From Candidatus Obscuribacteraceae bacterium (GTDB lineage Bacteria > Cyanobacteriota > Vampirovibrionia > Obscuribacterales > Obscuribacteraceae), in assembly GCA_044226015.1 (NCBI GenBank), contig JBGAHS010000001.1, positions 832,001-896,000 of the forward strand: 64,000 nt of DNA. Direction: 5' to 3'. This document shows, piece after piece, positions 50,460-61,857 of this stretch. The number at the start of each line of letters is the position of its first letter. The stretch's first letter is position 1. The notes below the pieces were generated by a model. That model searched no databases, was not told where the DNA came from, and saw nothing but the letters and a program-made list of their open reading frames with translations. The position numbers were made by a program, and so were the translations under genes.

Positions 50460-50656
50460 GTGCTGTTTTCTCAATGTTGAAGAAAATGCGAATGACCTTA
50501 GAATGCATGCTTTCCGAAAACCGGAAATTCAGACAGTCTCTAGGCTCAGAACGCTTTGACCGGTTATAATACGTGTTATAGTTGCTAAAGCCACATAAGT
50601 GGTCACTGCGAAAGGGAAGCGCAAGCCTGAAAAGCTTGTCATTAAGGAGATACGAA

Positions 50657-51406
50657 ATGGTTGTTGTCGATGAAAAAGCGAAGCAAGAAGCCATGATGGC
50701 TAAAATCAACTCTGGCCAAAAGCTTGAGTCGCTTGATGAAGTAACCGAAGAGTACAGAGAGAATCTCCTCAAGCTGATGATAGCTCAAGCTGATTCAGAA
50801 TTAGCTGGCGCTTATGGATACGTACCGTGGATTCAAGGCGCACCGACAATGGCTGAGCGTCTTGCAATGGCAAACATCGTCAAAGACGAAATTCGCCATG
50901 CTCGTGCTATGTACGATCTTCTCGATAAAGTTGGTGTCGACACCGATAAGTTGATCGCTGACGATATGAAAAATCGCATGAAAGTATTTTATGAACCAAT
51001 CAAGACCTGGGCTGACCTCGTCATGTTCAACTTCCTTATGGATAGAGCTGCCGGTCACCAATTGAGAGATGCTGCAGAGTGCAGCTGGGGTCCATGGTCA
51101 CGTGCAATGGTTCAAATTGAGAAAGAAGAGTGGATGCATGTTCGCCACGGTGAGCATTGGGTCAAGAAGCTCGCCGGAAGTCCTGAAACCCATCAGGAAA
51201 TTCAAGCCGCGCTTGACTTCTGGTTCCCCAAGGTCAACCGTGTATTCGGCAAAGGCGGCAGCAAAACTAACCAAGACTTCCAGCACTTCAAGCTTAAACA
51301 GCGCGATAACCACGATGTTCGCGAAGCCTGGTACAACGAAATCAAAATATTGCTAGAAGGCTATGGATTGAAGGTTGCAGGAATTGACGTAGTCGATAAA
51401 GACTAG
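50657..51406 (+). CDS. Phenylacetyl-CoA epoxidase large-subunit family (PaaA/PaaC ferritin-like), diiron ligands intact
   Basis: QADSE, WIQGAPT..ERLA, KDEIRH, TWAD...FLMDRAAG, SWGPW, KEEWMH, QAALDFWFP; AAGGAG RBS. Confidence 0.85.
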   Translation: MVVVDEKAKQEAMMAKINSGQKLESLDEVTEEYRENLLKLMIAQADSELAGAYGYVPWIQGAPTMAERLAMANIVKDEIRHARAMYDLLDKVGVDTDKLIADDMKNRMKVFYEPIKTWADLVMFNFLMDRAAGHQLRDAAECSWGPWSRAMVQIEKEEWMHVRHGEHWVKKLAGSPETHQEIQAALDFWFPKVNRVFGKGGSKTNQDFQHFKLKQRDNHDVREAWYNEIKILLEGYGLKVAGIDVVDKD

Positions 51407-51429
51407 TTTCAAGCCTGTTTGAATTATTG

Positions 51430-51464
51430 AGCAGAACGGATTCATTGAAGCCGTTCTGCTTTTT
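51430..51464 (+). terminator. Intrinsic terminator after the PaaA-like gene
   Basis: AGCAGAACGG...CCGTTCTGCT followed by TTTT. Confidence 0.75.
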
Positions 51465-51633
51465 ACTTCGGCAGCAATTTTCTTTTGCCGGACGCTTTCT
51501 GACTGGTGAAAGTACTGAACTGTGATCTTCTTGTTAAACCCGCTCAAATAGCGACTTCGAGGCGATCAAAACGGTTTCCGAGAGGGTATCATTTGACGCT
51601 ATATTCGTGCGTAGGTGAGGTCTTCGTCTTCCG

Positions 51634-52953
51634 ATGTGGAACGACAAGGTCGAGAGCATGTCCCGGGCAGAACTGGAGAAACTCCAGTCGCAACTTTTCG
51701 TGCGTATGCTGCGCCGCATCAACGAGTACGTTCCATTTTATGCAAACCTGTTATCGTCCAGTGGTGTGAATCTTGATTCAATAAATGGTATTGGCGACAT
51801 TCATCGCCTGCCATTCACTCGAAAGTCTGACCTCCGAGACAATTATCCACGCGGCTTGCTTGCTGTTCCCCAGGCTGAACTTCGGCGCTTTCACGCCTCA
51901 TCGGGAACTCGAGGCAAGCCGACGATTGTGGCATACACCCAGAATGATTTGGACAACTGGGCAGAACTCGGCGCACGCTCGCTATTTGCTGCTGGGGTGA
52001 GGCCTGGTGATATTGTTCATAATGCATATGGCTATGGCTTGTTCACTGGCGGACTGGGCGTTCATTATGCAATTGAAAGACTCGGTGCAATCGCTGTCCC
52101 CGCATCTGGTGGCAAGACTCAGCAGCAAATTAGTTTGCTGAAAGATCTTGGCGCCAGGGTAATTTGTTGTACGCCCTCATATGCATTGAGAGTGGCAAAC
52201 ACCTTGTTAGAACTTGGGGAGACTATCGATTCACTCAAGCTTGAAGTTGGCATATTTGGCGCTGAGCCGTGGAGCGAACCTATGCGAGCTCACATAGAGT
52301 CTGCGCTAGGTTTGAAAGCGATAGACATCTATGGGCTGAGCGAAATTATGGGACCAGGAGTCTCCATTGAGTGCAGTCAAGCCCGTTGTGGTTTGCACAT
52401 ATGGGAAGACCATTTTTATGCAGAAATCGTTGACCCCGTAAGCGGTGAGGTTTTACCGGAAAACGAAGAAGGCGAGCTAGTAATTACGACACTTCAAAAA
52501 GAAGCCATGCCACTTTTGCGATTCCGCACCGGTGATTTGTCTCGGCTTAGTCGTGAGAAATGCGCCTGTGGAAGAACAATGGCGCGAATGACTCGCGTGC
52601 GCGCTCGTCTGGACGATATGTTGATAATTCGCGGTGTAAACGTTTACCCGTCTGAAATCGAGAACATTTTGCTGAAGGTTGATGAGCTGGCCCCTCACTA
52701 TCAGCTTGTACTCAAGCGAGAGGAATCGCTAGATCAGTTATCGGTGCAAGTCGAAATTACAGAAGAGATTGTGGCTCGATGGGCCGAGGTTCAAGAAGAA
52801 GGTTTGCGTATTAAAGCTCTCAGCGACCGCATCAAATATCTGTTAAAGGAAAACCTGGGGCTTACAGTGGCGGTGGAGTTATTGCCTGCAAAATCCATCG
52901 CGCGCAGCGAGGGGAAAGCTTGCCGTCTAGTCGATTTGAGACAGAGTTATTAG
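51634..52953 (+). CDS. paaK: Phenylacetate-CoA ligase
   Basis: LPFTRKSDLRDNYP, HASSGTRGKP, AYGYGLFTGGLG, GAEPWSE, DIYGLSEIMGPG, DDMLIIRGVNVYPS. Confidence 0.95.
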   Translation: MWNDKVESMSRAELEKLQSQLFVRMLRRINEYVPFYANLLSSSGVNLDSINGIGDIHRLPFTRKSDLRDNYPRGLLAVPQAELRRFHASSGTRGKPTIVAYTQNDLDNWAELGARSLFAAGVRPGDIVHNAYGYGLFTGGLGVHYAIERLGAIAVPASGGKTQQQISLLKDLGARVICCTPSYALRVANTLLELGETIDSLKLEVGIFGAEPWSEPMRAHIESALGLKAIDIYGLSEIMGPGVSIECSQARCGLHIWEDHFYAEIVDPVSGEVLPENEEGELVITTLQKEAMPLLRFRTGDLSRLSREKCACGRTMARMTRVRARLDDMLIIRGVNVYPSEIENILLKVDELAPHYQLVLKREESLDQLSVQVEITEEIVARWAEVQEEGLRIKALSDRIKYLLKENLGLTVAVELLPAKSIARSEGKACRLVDLRQSY

Positions 52954-52972
52954 AGAAAAGGAGAAATATATC

Positions 52973-53284
52973 ATGGTGGCAAAACTAATTACTCTACACA
53001 AAAAGCCGGCCGACGTTAAATCGTTTGACGAAGTCTATTTCAACGAACATATGGATGTCGCTCGCAAGATTCCAGGCTTGCAGTTAATTGAAGTGTCTCG
53101 CGTTGTTGGAGCTCCACAGGGAGAAGCTGATTTCTACTTGATGACGGAACTTTATTTCGAAAATTTGGAATCTGTCAAAGCAGGTATGGCGAGTCCGGAA
53201 GGTAAAGAGGCTATCGAGCATTTGAAGAGTTTTGCAGGAGAGCAAGTTAGTTCAATGTTTGCTGAAGTTGCAGAAAAAAACTAG
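52973..53284 (+). CDS. EthD family protein
   Basis: KLITLHKKPAD..FDEVY..H..ARKIPGL, ELYFE, MASPEG. Confidence 0.88.
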   Translation: MVAKLITLHKKPADVKSFDEVYFNEHMDVARKIPGLQLIEVSRVVGAPQGEADFYLMTELYFENLESVKAGMASPEGKEAIEHLKSFAGEQVSSMFAEVAEKN

Positions 53285-53348
53285 ATAAGGGTAGAGCTAC
53301 GCGCGATTGCACCGCAAGAAAGCAAACGCCAAAAATGAGGCAAGGTAA

Positions 53349-54245
53349 ATGGTACAACAAATTGAGAAACTGCTAAACGGAATGGATCCTGAGGAGTTTA
53401 ACTTTCAGCGAATCCTTTATAGCAAGCAAGGCTATGTAGCCACGATTACTATAAATAGACCCGAAGTATTGAACTGCTTCGACATGATTACCTTGAAAGA
53501 ACTCGGACTTGCTTTTGAAGATGTGAGCCGTGACGACAACATAGCCGTGATGGTTTTGACTGGCGCTGGCGATCGCGCTTTCTGCACTGGAGCAGATTTG
53601 AAAGAGCAAGAGGAACATATTCTCAAAAAGCCAAATAATTACTACAAGTGGATGTATCAGTTTATCGAAATGCACGATCGGCTTCGCAATATTGGTAAGC
53701 CAACCATTGCAAGACTAAACGGTATGACTGTCGGTGGTGGAAACGAATTGAACATGGCTTGCGACCTGGCTGTTGCTGCTGATCATGTAATCATCAGGCA
53801 GGTTGGTGCTGCTCGTGGTAGTGTCGCCGCTGGTGGCGCGACTCAATGGCTGCCGATGATTGTGGGCGACCGCCGCGCCCGCGAAATGCTACTTCTTTGT
53901 GAAGGACTTGATGCTTACACGGCACTAGACTGGGGGCTGGTAAATCAAGTGGTGCCAATGTCTATGCTTGATGATGCCGTCAATCAATTGGCTGAAAAAC
54001 TCTACAAGAAATTGCCAGAATGCACGCGCTATACAAAGCAGCAGTTAAATTTCTGGAGAGATTTCTCGTGGTCTATGACAATTGGTCATGCTCGCGATTG
54101 GCTAAGCCTGCACGCAGGCTCGCTTGAGACTGCAGAAGGGCTTCGCTCGTTCCGTCAGAAAAATGAAATCAATTACCCCGGCATTCGCTGCAAGGCTGCC
54201 GGTCCTGTGCCACCACCCTCACCGATTGGCAGTGGCATCGAGTAA
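53349..54245 (+). CDS. Crotonase-family ring-opening hydrolase, Oah/BamA(BzdY)-like
   Basis: GAGDRAFCTG, RLNGMTVGGGNE, RGSVAAGGATQWLP, LLCE, LPECTRYTK, ARDWLSL. Confidence 0.7.
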   Translation: MVQQIEKLLNGMDPEEFNFQRILYSKQGYVATITINRPEVLNCFDMITLKELGLAFEDVSRDDNIAVMVLTGAGDRAFCTGADLKEQEEHILKKPNNYYKWMYQFIEMHDRLRNIGKPTIARLNGMTVGGGNELNMACDLAVAADHVIIRQVGAARGSVAAGGATQWLPMIVGDRRAREMLLLCEGLDAYTALDWGLVNQVVPMSMLDDAVNQLAEKLYKKLPECTRYTKQQLNFWRDFSWSMTIGHARDWLSLHAGSLETAEGLRSFRQKNEINYPGIRCKAAGPVPPPSPIGSGIE

Positions 54246-54295
54246 GGACAAGTTCAAAGTCTAATAGTTAGCAGACAAATGGAGATGATACGCAA

Positions 54296-55108
54296 ATGAC
54301 AGTAATAATGAAAGAGGAGAAGGAGATGAGTACTTCAACGTACAAAAACATCAAAACCGAAACTGAAGGACAAATCGCGATTGTTTCGTTGAATCGTCCC
54401 CAGGTTCTGAATGCTTTGAACCATGAGCTGATGTCTGAATTGGCTGATGCTCTAGAAGGTTTTGATCGCGACGAATCTATCCGCGTAATCATTCTTACTG
54501 GAAGTGAAAGAGCATTCGCTGCAGGCGCCGATATTAAAGAAATGGCTGATGAAGGTGCCGTTTCAATTTTGTTGAAGGACAGGCTCGCTACTTGGGACCG
54601 TGTTCGTTTCATCAAGAAGCCTATCATCGCTGCCGTGAGTGGATTTGCCCTCGGCGGTGGTTGCGAACTGGCGATGACCTGCGACATGATTGTCGCTTCT
54701 GAGTCCGCTCAATTCGGTCAACCAGAAATCAACATCGGTGTAATTCCTGGTGCTGGTGGAACGCAGCGTCTCACCCTGGCAGTTGGAAAAGCAAAAGCCA
54801 TGGAATTGATTCTGACTGGTCGTCCATTCACTGCACATGAAGCGCTGTCTATGGGGTTGATCAACAAGGTTGTTCCAACCGAAATGTTGATGGACGAAGT
54901 GAAGACACTTGCTGCTGAAATCGCTAAGAAATCACCACTAGCGGTTAGAACTGCGAAAGAATCCATTCTCAAAGCTTATGAAATGACCTTGACCGAAGGC
55001 TTGAACTTCGAAAGAAAGAACTTCTACATGCTTTTCGCTTCTGAAGATCAGAAGGAAGGTATGAAAGCCTTCATGGAGAAGCGCCCAGCTACATTCACCG
55101 GTCATTAA
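54296..55108 (+). CDS. paaF: Enoyl-CoA hydratase (2,3-dehydroadipyl-CoA hydratase-like)
   Basis: AFAAGADIKEM, GFALGGGCELA, FGQPEINIGVIPGAGGTQRL (both catalytic Glu); paa context. Start may be 54326. Confidence 0.8.
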   Translation: MTVIMKEEKEMSTSTYKNIKTETEGQIAIVSLNRPQVLNALNHELMSELADALEGFDRDESIRVIILTGSERAFAAGADIKEMADEGAVSILLKDRLATWDRVRFIKKPIIAAVSGFALGGGCELAMTCDMIVASESAQFGQPEINIGVIPGAGGTQRLTLAVGKAKAMELILTGRPFTAHEALSMGLINKVVPTEMLMDEVKTLAAEIAKKSPLAVRTAKESILKAYEMTLTEGLNFERKNFYMLFASEDQKEGMKAFMEKRPATFTGH

Positions 55109-55131
55109 TATCGAAAGAGGATTTTAGAACA

Positions 55132-55929
55132 ATGTCAGACGAAAAAATATTGCTTGTTGAAAAGAATGATGGTGTTTGCGTCATTACTTTGAATAGACCC
55201 GATAAGCTAAACGCCTTCAACGACGAACTTAGCTTTCAACTAATTGATGCTTTGAAAGAAGCTGAAAAAGATGCTGCAGTTCGCGCCGTCGTCATAACCG
55301 GTGCCGGACGTGGTTTCTGCTCTGGTCAGGACCTTGCAAACCGCAAGTTCAGTGATGCCAGCGAAAAGCGTCCTTCGCTTTCTGAATCTATCCGCAGAAG
55401 ATATAACCCGATGGTCATCAAAATTCGCAAGATGGAAAAGCCAGTCATTGCGGCCGTCAATGGTGTCGCAGCTGGTGCGGGTAGCAGCCTCGCGCTTGCT
55501 TGCGATTTGCGTGTTGTAGCAGACAATGCTAACTTCATTCAATCATTCACTAAAGTCGGTCTGGTTCCTGACTCAGGTGCTACCTTCATTCTGCCAAGAC
55601 TAATTGGTGCCACTAAAGCATTCGAACTGATGCTTAGCGCTGATAAACTTAGTGCAAAAGAAGCTTTCGACCTCGGTATCGTGAATAAGTTGGTGGCTCC
55701 AGAAAAAGTTCTTGAAGAAGCTATCGAATGGGCCCAGACTCTAGCGAAGGGACCGACCAAAGCATTCGGATTAACTAAGAGAGCAGTCAATGCAGCCATA
55801 TTCCCAGACCTCGAAGAACGTTTGGAGTATGAAGCTTACATGCAAGAAATTGCTGGTCGCAGCGACGATTTCCAGGAAGGCGTTACAGCGTTTCTCGAAA
55901 AACGTACTCCAGCATACAAAGGCAAGTAG
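55132..55929 (+). CDS. paaG: Ring-1,2-epoxyphenylacetyl-CoA isomerase-like crotonase
   Basis: GRGFCSGQDL, YNP, VNGVAAGAG, GLVPDSG (PaaG-type Asp); paa context. Confidence 0.85.
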   Translation: MSDEKILLVEKNDGVCVITLNRPDKLNAFNDELSFQLIDALKEAEKDAAVRAVVITGAGRGFCSGQDLANRKFSDASEKRPSLSESIRRRYNPMVIKIRKMEKPVIAAVNGVAAGAGSSLALACDLRVVADNANFIQSFTKVGLVPDSGATFILPRLIGATKAFELMLSADKLSAKEAFDLGIVNKLVAPEKVLEEAIEWAQTLAKGPTKAFGLTKRAVNAAIFPDLEERLEYEAYMQEIAGRSDDFQEGVTAFLEKRTPAYKGK

Positions 55930-55965
55930 TTGATACAGTTCAGCTACGCATGAGTATCTAAATCA

Positions 55966-56000
55966 TTCAGACCCTGTCCCTCTTGTGGACGGGGTCTGAA
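55966..56000. terminator. Strong hairpin between convergent paaG and TPR genes (probably a bidirectional terminator)
   Basis: TTCAGACCCTGTCC-n7-GGACGGGGTCTGAA. Confidence 0.7.
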
Positions 56001-56123
56001 CCTTTGAAATTAGAAGAGCAGTCTGGAAGCCTGCGCTCTCAGATTCGCCATCCTGCCGGCTTCGGACAGGGATCGCCTTCATCCTGCTAACGAATTGAGA
56101 ATCACTCTGAACTCCTGCGATAA

Positions 56124-57164
56124 CTAGAAGCCTGACTCACCAGGGGGCAATGAATTTTTTTCTTCTTCTTGTGGCTGCCCTTGTTGCTGTTGGCGCATGT
56201 AAGGAGATGATTTGACTTCTCGCTGTTGCTGTGTGCCCGCAAGTTCGCCTTGAAGATAGACAATTCGTTTGTTGATTGGATCTGCATTGAATGTCTTTGG
56301 TGCCGTTCGAATTGCTTGCTGGTACTGGTTTACTGCGGATGTGACGTGCTTTTCCTCATCGAAGATGTGAGCAAGCGCCAGATGGCTTTCGAAATGATCG
56401 GGATTAATTTTCAAAGCTTCTAGCAAATGGTCAATCGCGCTCTGGTGGTCGCCTCGTTTGTAGAAGCATTCTGCCATTCCGTAATAGCATTCGACCCAAT
56501 CGATGTCTTTTAGAAGAGCATTGATCATTCCTTTGTAATCAGACAATGCCTGCTTATAATCAGGCGGCTTCATGTGGCGATAGCAGCGCGCCCTGCCCAT
56601 CCAAGCTTTTGTGAATGTCCAGGGGGTTTCTCCAAGAGCAGTCGTGTATGAGCCGATCGCCTCACCATAACGTCCCAGGCGCTCTTGTAAAACGCCCATT
56701 GTGTAATAGGGACGTTTGTTTTTGTAGTCTGCTTCAATTCTTGCTTGTGTTATGTGCTTATCTGCTTTATCGAACTGTCCGGTTTCGATGTAGCATTCTG
56801 CTATGTCGCAATTGGCATCGGGTGCGCCTTCGGTTGTTTGCGCCAGGTGGGTTGAAAGAGCATCGATTGCCTTGGCCCAGTTTTTCAGCTGCATATAGCA
56901 GCGACCGAGTGCCAGCCATCCTTCAGGATTGTATTTGTTTCGAGCGAAATAGCAAGACTGTTGGAATTCGTCGGCTGCAGCCTCTACATCTCCTAACTTG
57001 AGCAGCCTCTGCCCCTCTCTCATGTGCTCAACGGTGGGCTCGACGGTAGCGGTGTCTTTGCGTTTTGCTATCGCATCGGGCGAAGCCACGAAGCAGGGAA
57101 TCTGCGCAATTATCAGTGCGCAAATTGATGTTTTCAGAATTGACGAGTAATTTTTCTGGACCAT
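56124..57164 (-). CDS. Exported TPR protein
   Basis: Signal-like N-terminus, multiple TPRs, Gln-rich tail. Confidence 0.85.
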   Translation of the reverse strand: MVQKNYSSILKTSICALIIAQIPCFVASPDAIAKRKDTATVEPTVEHMREGQRLLKLGDVEAAADEFQQSCYFARNKYNPEGWLALGRCYMQLKNWAKAIDALSTHLAQTTEGAPDANCDIAECYIETGQFDKADKHITQARIEADYKNKRPYYTMGVLQERLGRYGEAIGSYTTALGETPWTFTKAWMGRARCYRHMKPPDYKQALSDYKGMINALLKDIDWVECYYGMAECFYKRGDHQSAIDHLLEALKINPDHFESHLALAHIFDEEKHVTSAVNQYQQAIRTAPKTFNADPINKRIVYLQGELAGTQQQREVKSSPYMRQQQQGQPQEEEKNSLPPGESGF

Positions 57165-57166
57165 TC

Positions 57167-57418
57167 TCAGTCTAAGTTTTCGGCATCTAGTTCAATTTGA
57201 ATGATACCACTTAGATATAATGCTGTCGCAACAGCCAAATAGAGCAAAAGCGATTGCCACAAATTAATTGGCGGTAGCATCGAGCACATTGGCACAAATT
57301 TGTTCCAGGACCAATTAATAAGTACGACAGGATAAACCACCAGCCCGCCTATAACACCCATTGCCAGCACGGTGAATATTGCAGCAGCGCCAAATGGATT
57401 AACCGGGAAGCTTTTCAC
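57167..57418 (-). CDS. Small two-TM hypothetical protein
   Basis: Fills the gap between ligA and the TPR gene with 2-bp spacings; WSWN...INLWQS. Confidence 0.7.
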   Translation of the reverse strand: MKSFPVNPFGAAAIFTVLAMGVIGGLVVYPVVLINWSWNKFVPMCSMLPPINLWQSLLLYLAVATALYLSGIIQIELDAENLD

Positions 57419-57420
57419 TT

Positions 57421-59493
<2,073 letters not shown>

Positions 59494-60684
59494 TTATAGA
59501 CCTTCTCTGCTGAGAATTACGCTGTCTCCCTGTCCGGTTCCGGAGCAGATTGCTGCAGCACCGTATTTAGCACCACGTTCTTCCATTTCTTTTGCTAAGC
59601 TCAGAAGAATTCTTGCGCCGCTTGCACCGATGGGGTGGCCCAGAGCCACGGCACCACCATTCACATTAACCTTCTCCGGGTCAATTTCGAGCATTCTCAT
59701 TGAAGTGAGAGCCACAGCTGAGAAGGCTTCGTTGATTTCAACGAGGTCAAGTTGAGAGGCGCTCAATCCGCATTTTGCCAGTGCTTTCTTCGTAGCTAGC
59801 GCTGGGGCCGTTGCCAGGTAAGGTACGTCTTGTCCCAGTGACGCGTGCGAGAGAATTTTTGCCAGTGGTTTCAAGCCGAGTTTCTTTGCCTTCTCTTCGC
59901 TCATTACGAGCAGAACGCAGGCACCGTCATTAACGCCAGGTGCATTGCCTGCGGTAATTGTGCCTTCATCCCAAAATACTGGTTTCAACTTTGTCAACGC
60001 TTCTACTGTCGTGTCTGCGCGAGGGCCTTCATCGTTTTCGATAATCTGATCTTGTTTCTTTTGTTTGATTGTTACTGGGAGAATTTCTTTTTTGAAGCGT
60101 CCGCTTTGAATTGCTTTGTTAGCTTTCTGGTGGCTGCCGTATGCCCATTTGTCTTGATCTTCTCGGGATACGTTTAGCTCTTGTGCTACCTTGGCACCGT
60201 GGACTGCCATGTGGACGAAAGCTATCGGGCACTCTAGCCCATCAGCCAACATTGCGTCTTTGAATTGAACGTGACCCATTCTCTTGCCGAAACGAGCAGC
60301 ATTAGCGTCCACCAGATATGGTGCCTGACTCATCGATTCCATGCCACCAGCAAGCATCATCTCGCCGTCTCCGGCACGAACGCGCAAATCACAAAGAGTG
60401 ACCGAACGCATACCAGAGGCGCAGACTTTGTTAACCAGTGTCGACTCACAAGTCACAGGCAATCCTGCTTTTATGAGTGCCTGGCGGGAAGGAATTTGTC
60501 CGCATCCGGCCTGAAGTACCTGTCCCATGATGACTTCGTCGATTTCTTCTGCGTTGATTTTGTTTCTCGATATGAGTTCTTTCAAGAGGGGAGCAGCAAG
60601 ATCAACCGCAGAAAGGCTGCTGAGCCCTCCGCCTAGTTTGCCGAATGGTGTTCTCAATCCGTCCACAATGACCGTTGCGCTCAT
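59494..60684 (-). CDS. Acetyl-CoA C-acyltransferase (thiolase)
   Basis: RTPFG, VNKVCASG, GGMESMS, EINEAF, GGAVALGHPIGASG, AICSGTG; AAGGAG RBS before ATG 60684. Confidence 0.95.
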   Translation of the reverse strand: MSATVIVDGLRTPFGKLGGGLSSLSAVDLAAPLLKELISRNKINAEEIDEVIMGQVLQAGCGQIPSRQALIKAGLPVTCESTLVNKVCASGMRSVTLCDLRVRAGDGEMMLAGGMESMSQAPYLVDANAARFGKRMGHVQFKDAMLADGLECPIAFVHMAVHGAKVAQELNVSREDQDKWAYGSHQKANKAIQSGRFKKEILPVTIKQKKQDQIIENDEGPRADTTVEALTKLKPVFWDEGTITAGNAPGVNDGACVLLVMSEEKAKKLGLKPLAKILSHASLGQDVPYLATAPALATKKALAKCGLSASQLDLVEINEAFSAVALTSMRMLEIDPEKVNVNGGAVALGHPIGASGARILLSLAKEMEERGAKYGAAAICSGTGQGDSVILSREGL

Positions 60685-60960
60685 CGCTGTTCTCCTTAAT
60701 TGCTCTGCTGGACTTACAGTCCTGGTAAGAAATGCTAACTTCCCTGACAACTCAGATTCCTTATTCTTTCGAATTGTTCAAAGATTTGGGCATTGGAATA
60801 CACTAATCGACCCCGAACCTTGAAAAGTATCGATACGATCGGCCGATCTTGCCTGATAAAATGGTCCTGCTGTCTGGTAATCTCGCGACTTTCCACCAAA
60901 CCATCGCAAGTCGTCTGCTATCGGGCATATATTTTAAGCAGAGCAGTTGGGGATTGGATA

Positions 60961-61713
60961 ATGTCAAGGTCATTCCGCGGTCGACCGGACCCGCAAGACA
61001 ATCGTGATCAAGGACCTGACGACGCCAATGCGACGGGCGCACAGCGTCCGCAGCCGCGTGGCAACATGCCGCAGCGTTCCTCAATGAGACCAAATGTGAG
61101 GTCTGGTCCGCAGAGTCAGCCTCCAGCCCAACGAAAGGCAGATTATTTGCCTGAGTATGCCGAGGAAGAGCAAGGCTACAGCAATGATTCAGAAGTTTCG
61201 CAACCAAGTGAGATGAACAAACGCTTTGTGGCTGCCTTAATCGACGTAGTTGTTGGTTATATTCTCAACTTGATGGTTAATTGCATTCCTTTTGTGAACG
61301 TGTTTTTGCACGACCAGATTGTTATGGTCTCTTACTTGCTTGTCAAGGATTTCCTGTTCGGCGGCAGGGGCGTTGGAAAAAATCTGATGGGCTTGCAAGT
61401 TGTTGATGCCCGGACTGGCGCCCCCGCCTCTTTGCTTCAGTCCATTCAGAGAAACATAGTCATATTCGGACCTTACATCTTGATGTACATCTCGAATTTG
61501 ATAATCAAGTTTATTCCTGATGAGAACATCAAGTCTATTGCGCAGAGTGTGGTTCTGGGCATCGGCGCAGTTTACATCATCATCGCATTGCCTTACGAGG
61601 CTTATCGCCTCTATTCTAGAGCTGATGGAAACCGTTGGGGAGACCAGATTGCAGGAACCACGACAGTTCCTGCTGACATGGATTTTGGCAATCCGGCTGG
61701 GCGTCGAAACTAG
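60961..61713 (+). CDS. RDD family membrane protein with disordered N-terminus
   Basis: KRFVAALID, GVGKNLMGLQVV, SIQRN, RWGDQIAGTTTV. Confidence 0.88.
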   Translation: MSRSFRGRPDPQDNRDQGPDDANATGAQRPQPRGNMPQRSSMRPNVRSGPQSQPPAQRKADYLPEYAEEEQGYSNDSEVSQPSEMNKRFVAALIDVVVGYILNLMVNCIPFVNVFLHDQIVMVSYLLVKDFLFGGRGVGKNLMGLQVVDARTGAPASLLQSIQRNIVIFGPYILMYISNLIIKFIPDENIKSIAQSVVLGIGAVYIIIALPYEAYRLYSRADGNRWGDQIAGTTTVPADMDFGNPAGRRN

Positions 61714-61857
61714 AATTCATCGTTACCTTTGAATTAGGAAACAATTCCGTGCTGATCGAGTTTGGCACGGCTTCCTCGTGCTATCTTAAGCAAGTTCAAG
61801 TGCAAGCAAAGAAGTTCCTCCAACTTCGATTAGAAATGTGTTGTTAGAGATTTGGAT

